Source: Acidobacteriota bacterium (lineage in GTDB: Bacteria > Acidobacteriota > UBA6911 > JACQSX01). Taken from it: DNA of 64,000 nucleotides. The translations under genes and the position numbers were made by a program. Below the pieces are notes generated by a model. It had not been told where the DNA came from. It saw nothing but the letters and a program-made list of their open reading frames with translations, and searched no databases. The stretch spans positions 1 to 64,000 of the forward strand of contig DASXQR010000152.1 in NCBI GenBank assembly GCA_036507075.1, written 5' to 3'. Position 1 is the stretch's first letter. Each line of letters begins with the position of its first letter. Below are positions 59,335 through 64,000 of this stretch, piece by piece.

Positions 59335-59598
59335 AAAGCCGTTCACGTCCACGTGCACGACCACATCAACGCCCACGGCAACGTTCACGCATGACGACGC
59401 CTCGGATCTTTTTATCCTGCGGGGACAACCAATGACAAGATACGAGTGCCTTCAGTGCCAGCAGCAAGAGTCACAATGATCTTCTTGCCGCTGGCTTTTC
59501 GCGCTGCCTGACGACCGGCAGAGGCGTGCGCGTCAGCGTGGACGTAACCGGGGTCGTGGTCGTTGACGTGCACGTGAACGTGGCCGTAGGCGGCTTTT
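59335..59598. repeat. Hexamer-built palindromic element with long spacer
   Basis: aaagccgttcacgtccacgtgcacg ... cgtgcacgtgaacgtggccgtaggcggcttt. Confidence 0.65.
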
Positions 59599-59670
59599 CC
59601 TTTGGTTATGTCCCATGTTGGTGATTTTTTCACATGTTGGAAGGGGCGTCATGGTAAAAGTCGTTAACCC

Positions 59671-61215
59671 ATGCCTGATGCAGACTCAAGAGTACTCACG
59701 TTCATAACGGGGCTGTTCAAATTCCTCGAGACCGCTCAATTTTCCCTTCAGTCGTTCCTGGATTACCTGACAAAGGAATTGGGGGCGGATCGCGGAATCC
59801 TGGTGACATGCTCGGAGACGGAAAACCAGGTCCGCATCCTGGCAGGCTCCAATCTGAAAGAGCCCAACCTCACGCTGGAGGAATTCCAGATCAGCCGCAC
59901 TGTTTTCCGCCAGGTAATCCGCTTTCGGCAAACCGTGTTGATACGGAATCCGCTCGAAGAGGAGGCCTACGCCACCCAGAGCAGTATCGTCAAACCGCAA
60001 GTGCGCTCCATTCTGGCCATTCCCATCACCGCGCAAAACGAGGTGGTAGCCATCCTGTATTTCGACACGCAGCGTCTGCAAAGAAGCTTCAGCGAGTCGG
60101 ACCGCGCCTGTCTGGAACAGATCGCGCCTTTAATTAAGGCCCTGTTTTTGACGCGCGCCACGGCACAGTCCCAAGCGCCCCGCGAAGATGAATTCTTCCT
60201 CGATCATGACAGGGCGCTTCAGGGTCTGATTGGAAGCGACCCTGCCTTTCTCAACTCCATTTCACTTCTCAAGAAAGTATCTCCCACGCCGGCGCCCGTT
60301 TTATTGACGGGCGAAAGCGGAACCGGGAAAGAACTTTTTGCCCGCGCCGTTCATGCTTTAAGCCCCCGAAAAAACGGGCCTTTTGTCCCGATCAACTGCG
60401 CGGCCATTCCGGATACGCTCCTGGAGAGCGAATTGTTCGGCTACGAGAAGGGCGCCTTCACAGGCGCCGACAGCACGCGCCTCGGGAAGGTGGAACGGGC
60501 AAATCATGGAACCGTATTTCTGGACGAAATAGCTGAGTTAAGGCCGGAGCTGCAGGCCAAGCTGCTTCGCTTTCTGCAGTCCAACGAGATTGAGCGTGTT
60601 GGCGCGGGAGCTCCGATCCGGGTTGACGTCAGGATTGTGGCCGCCACCAACCAGGATCTGGCCCAAAGCGTCAAAGAAGGCGCGTTCCGCCAGGACCTCT
60701 TTTTTCGCCTCAACGTGTTTCCCATCGCTCTTCCGCCCCTGCGCGGGCGGAAGGCGGACCTCCGGGAGCTGGCTGAACATTTTTTTAAGAAGTACATCAA
60801 GCTCCTCAATCTACGCGCCATCAAGGTGGACCCGGGCGTTTACGAGGCCATCGAATCCTACTCTTTCCCGGGCAATGTGCGAGAGCTGGAGAATCTTGCC
60901 TACCGCGGCCTGCTGCTCTGCCAGGGCGGCACTGTGACGGTGGATGATTTACCTTCCGAAGTTCGAGCCGGCAGCGTGAGGGCAATGGAAAAGGATCCGT
61001 TCGCCCACCTGCACCGCACAGTTCCGCAGGATTATCGGGAGTTGGGCCACCGCAAGGAGGCAATCAAGAAGATCTGCCGGGATGAAATATCTTATTTGGA
61101 AAGACGATTCGCGGAGGCGCTCGTTTCTGCGGCCGGAGGCAACGTCTCCAAAGCGGCAGAGATGGCAGGAATCGACCGCGGGTTGTTTTATCGGCTGCTC
61201 AAGCCCGGGGATTGA
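59671..61215 (+). CDS. GAF-domain sigma54-dependent enhancer-binding protein
   Basis: GAF, GESGTGKE, ESELFG, GAFTGA, FLDEI, FPGNVREL, C-terminal HTH. Confidence 0.93.
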   Translation: MPDADSRVLTFITGLFKFLETAQFSLQSFLDYLTKELGADRGILVTCSETENQVRILAGSNLKEPNLTLEEFQISRTVFRQVIRFRQTVLIRNPLEEEAYATQSSIVKPQVRSILAIPITAQNEVVAILYFDTQRLQRSFSESDRACLEQIAPLIKALFLTRATAQSQAPREDEFFLDHDRALQGLIGSDPAFLNSISLLKKVSPTPAPVLLTGESGTGKELFARAVHALSPRKNGPFVPINCAAIPDTLLESELFGYEKGAFTGADSTRLGKVERANHGTVFLDEIAELRPELQAKLLRFLQSNEIERVGAGAPIRVDVRIVAATNQDLAQSVKEGAFRQDLFFRLNVFPIALPPLRGRKADLRELAEHFFKKYIKLLNLRAIKVDPGVYEAIESYSFPGNVRELENLAYRGLLLCQGGTVTVDDLPSEVRAGSVRAMEKDPFAHLHRTVPQDYRELGHRKEAIKKICRDEISYLERRFAEALVSAAGGNVSKAAEMAGIDRGLFYRLLKPGD

Positions 61216-61555
61216 ACACGAATTACACGAATCCGGGTGGAACGAGGTATTCGTCACTATCGGCCCCCACCGGCCTTGTGCCGGTGGAGCAGGGGATTCT
61301 TCACTAGAACGCGCCAAACTCTGCTTTCTTCCACCTTGCTTGATTCGCGCACTGCGTTAATTTACGCATGGCATGCGACCCTTCCAGTCCCACGACTTAA
61401 TCCTGAAGTTGCGCCGCTTTTGCGCGCACATCGTACCGCCTGGACTCGAGCAAACCTGCCCGCTGTGGCCTTTCCAGTCCTAACGGGCACCCCACGCAGA
61501 CCAGCCGAAACCTCAACCCCGTCGCATATTTACGCTTTGCACTGATTTTCACAGT

Positions 61556-61572
61556 TTGGTCTGCATTTTGCG
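61556..61572 (+). promoter_or_regulatory. Sigma54 (-24/-12) promoter
   Basis: TTGGTCTGCATTTTGCG: GG-N10-GC with TTGC, ~50 nt upstream of ATG 61624 and just downstream of a bEBP gene. Confidence 0.65.
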
Positions 61573-61623
61573 AATGGGTGGCAGGTCTGCCGATCGCATC
61601 TTCGCGCTCGATGCAAGGAGGAC

Positions 61624-62100
61624 ATGATGAAAAAGGCAATCCTGTTTCTTTGCGTGCTGCTTTTTGTTCCCTCGCTGTCGTCTGGCCAAAGCCGTTCAGC
61701 CGGGCAGGGCTATGCGTTTGGCGCAATAGGCGCAACGGCGCCGGATCCTTATGGGCCGCTCTACCATTTCGGAGTTGGAGGCGAAGGATTTGTTTACAAG
61801 AACGTCGGGGCGGGAGGCGAAATAGGTTTTCTCACTTCGGAATTTCGCGATGTCCTCGGTGTTTTCTCAGCCAATGGATCCTATCATTTTCAACCGCACA
61901 AAAAGTGGGATCCCTTCGTCACCGCAGGCTACACGTTGCTTTTCAGGGAGGAGACCGCCAATTTTTTTAACCTGGGAGGAGGTACAAATTATTGGATACG
62001 TGACAACCTGGGACTGCGGATGGAGTTCCGTGATCATATTAATCGTGAGTACGGAACCTACCATCTTCTGCAACTCCGATTGGGGTTGTCATTTCGCTAG
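61624..62100 (+). CDS. Small outer-membrane beta-barrel protein
   Basis: Signal peptide, amphipathic strands, PFVTAG, NLGGG, C-terminal LGLSFR; AAGGAGG RBS. Confidence 0.8.
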   Translation: MMKKAILFLCVLLFVPSLSSGQSRSAGQGYAFGAIGATAPDPYGPLYHFGVGGEGFVYKNVGAGGEIGFLTSEFRDVLGVFSANGSYHFQPHKKWDPFVTAGYTLLFREETANFFNLGGGTNYWIRDNLGLRMEFRDHINREYGTYHLLQLRLGLSFR

Positions 62101-62133
62101 TATCTTAATTGCCATAAATCCGGGTACGAATAT

Positions 62134-62284
62134 TTCACCACAGAGACACAGAGGACACAAAACTGGACGAGGAGCAGACAGAGTCCGGTCAGCTTAGAAC
62201 GGGCTGTCAGAGTTCACTTTTAGACCTGACCGGACTCTGCCTGCCCTCGTCTGACTTTGTGTCTTTCGTGTCTTTGTGCTGAAA
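62134..62284. repeat. REP pair enclosing a ~27-bp inverted repeat
   Basis: gacgaggagcagacagagtccggtcag / ctgaccggactctgcctgccctcgtc. Confidence 0.75.
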
Positions 62285-62473
62285 AAATTCTTATTCGGAT
62301 TTTTGGATTTGAGTTCTGACGCCAATACCGGTTGTGAACCGGAGCCATGTGAATTAATCTATCGCATACAAGACTCAGCTCTGCCGCATTTTCACCAATT
62401 CTTAAGGTGATTCATGGCAGGAAGCCTGTAGAATCCTGTCCCAATAGGATCTGACAACGCAGGGAGGTAAATC

Positions 62474-64000
62474 ATGCGAAGATTCATCTGGCTCACTCTC
62501 GTTATTCTTCCAATCTTTATGCTCGCCGGCCACACCGTTCGAGCCCAGTCCGAACTTGCCACGCTCACCGGAACCATAACCGATTCCAGCGGCGCCGTTA
62601 TCCCCGGCGTCGAAATCACGGTCACAAATGAAGCCACCAATATCGCGGTGTCGACAGTGACGAACGAAAGCGGGCGCTATGTCGTGCCCAGCCTCAAGCC
62701 GGGGACGTACACAGTGGCAGCATCGCTTCCCGGGTTCAAGAAGCAGGTCAACTCGGGCGTGACGCTGCAGGTAAACCAGACGGCCAGACTGGATTTGACA
62801 CTGACGGTTGGCGAGGTGAGCCAGGAAGTGGTGGTCTCTGCAGAGGCGCCGCTGCTGGAAACGGAAACCTCTAACCGCGGGGCTGTCATTGATGAGAAGA
62901 AGATTGTAGAGCTGCCGCTGAACGGCAGAGATTACAACCAGCTTGCGACACTCTCTCCGGGAGTGCTGCCCCCTACTCCGCGGCTGCAGTCGATCGGTTT
63001 CAAGGGCGCATTCAACGTCAACGGAAATCGGGCCTTTCAGAATGCCTTCCTGCTGGACGGCGTGGACAACACTTCCTATTCAAATTCCTTCCGCGGGAGC
63101 AACATGCAGGTAGTGCAGCCGTCGGTTGACGCGCTGCAGGAATTCAAGATTCAGACCAATGCGTACTCGGCCGAATTCGGACGCAGCGCGGGAGCGCTGA
63201 TCAATGCCGTGATCAAATCGGGGTCGAACGCGTTTCACGGCTCGGCGTATGAATTTCACCGCAACAAAAGCCTGGATGCATCTAATTTCTTCTCCAATAA
63301 AGCCGGCGCATCCAAACCATTCCGATTGCGAAACCAGTTTGGTGGAACCTTCGGCGGACCGATCGTAAAGAATAAGACATTTTTCTTCGCAGATTACGAG
63401 GGGCTGCGCGATCGACTGGGCGTGGTGCGATTTACATCCGTGCCGCAGCCGATCTGGACCAAGGGAATGTTTACCGTTCCCATTTTCAATCCTTACAATC
63501 CCACCGATACCGGACAGGACTTTCGCAAGCCGGCCACGGCGGATTGCAACGACGGAAAGGGCAACTGTTGGATAATTCCTCAGAACCTGCTCGACCCGGT
63601 CGGTCAGAAGGTGGTAAGCGTAAATCCGCTTCCCAACACCGGCGCGCCCGGACAAGTCGATCTGAACTATGTCAACGTTCCGATCACGCGCAACCGCACG
63701 GATCAGTTTGACGTGCGGGTGGATCACAGCGTCTCGTCGAGCCTGAATCTGTTCGGCCGGTACTCGTTTTCCGACACGAACCTCTTCCAGCCGGGGCCGC
63801 GGCCGGGGCTCTCGGAAGCATCGTTTAATGATACTTTCGGAGCCGCGCTGTGGCGCTCTCAGGCCATCGCGGCGGGAGCTACGTGGATTATTTCCCCCCA
63901 TGTGGTTTCTGACCTTCGCTTCGGATTTGCGCGCGGCAACTTCTTCCAGACCCCGCCAAACTTCGGATCCGGATGCCCGGACAAGCTTATCGGACTGAAG
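62474..64000 (+). CDS. TonB-dependent receptor (runs off the window end)
   Basis: GGAGG RBS; MRRFIW signal, GTITDSSGAVIPG, LPLNGRDY, IKSGSNAFHG, NQFGGTFGGP; absent from the ORF track because no stop lies in the window. Confidence 0.9.
   Translation, partial: MRRFIWLTLVILPIFMLAGHTVRAQSELATLTGTITDSSGAVIPGVEITVTNEATNIAVSTVTNESGRYVVPSLKPGTYTVAASLPGFKKQVNSGVTLQVNQTARLDLTLTVGEVSQEVVVSAEAPLLETETSNRGAVIDEKKIVELPLNGRDYNQLATLSPGVLPPTPRLQSIGFKGAFNVNGNRAFQNAFLLDGVDNTSYSNSFRGSNMQVVQPSVDALQEFKIQTNAYSAEFGRSAGALINAVIKSGSNAFHGSAYEFHRNKSLDASNFFSNKAGASKPFRLRNQFGGTFGGPIVKNKTFFFADYEGLRDRLGVVRFTSVPQPIWTKGMFTVPIFNPYNPTDTGQDFRKPATADCNDGKGNCWIIPQNLLDPVGQKVVSVNPLPNTGAPGQVDLNYVNVPITRNRTDQFDVRVDHSVSSSLNLFGRYSFSDTNLFQPGPRPGLSEASFNDTFGAALWRSQAIAAGATWIISPHVVSDLRFGFARGNFFQTPPNFGSGCPDKLIGLK

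Overview
GC-rich bacterial chromosomal segment, most likely Acidobacteriota (inferred from the several carboxypeptidase-regulatory-domain TonB-dependent receptors, gene style and repeat families). It carries housekeeping genes: acpS, mtaB, gcdH, gdhA, lpxC, a class A PBP, a hisZGDCBHA cluster without hisF/hisIE, an rlmD-like gene and polX. It also has four TonB-dependent receptor genes, one of them broken by an IS1634-family element whose flanks do not match. The most interesting region is about 19.9-36.8 kb. Two exported PDZ-TPR-CHAT (caspase-like) protease paralogs with different numbers of 41-aa repeats converge on an ECF sigma/zinc-finger anti-sigma pair. On the other side lie secreted proteins: a small FNPQPEPP-tailed protein, two fibre-like repeat proteins and a decayed third copy. 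A shared 29-bp motif (TTAAAGGATyCwGCATsyCGrTTGTyTAT) precedes each of the three transcription units and looks like the cognate ECF promoter. Intergenic DNA is densely filled with REP-like palindromes, 7/8-mer arrays and a nested, asymmetric-ended miniature element that inserts at the same position in a REP. Some of these repeats have entered coding sequences. All calls are from reading the sequence and motifs; no database searches were run.
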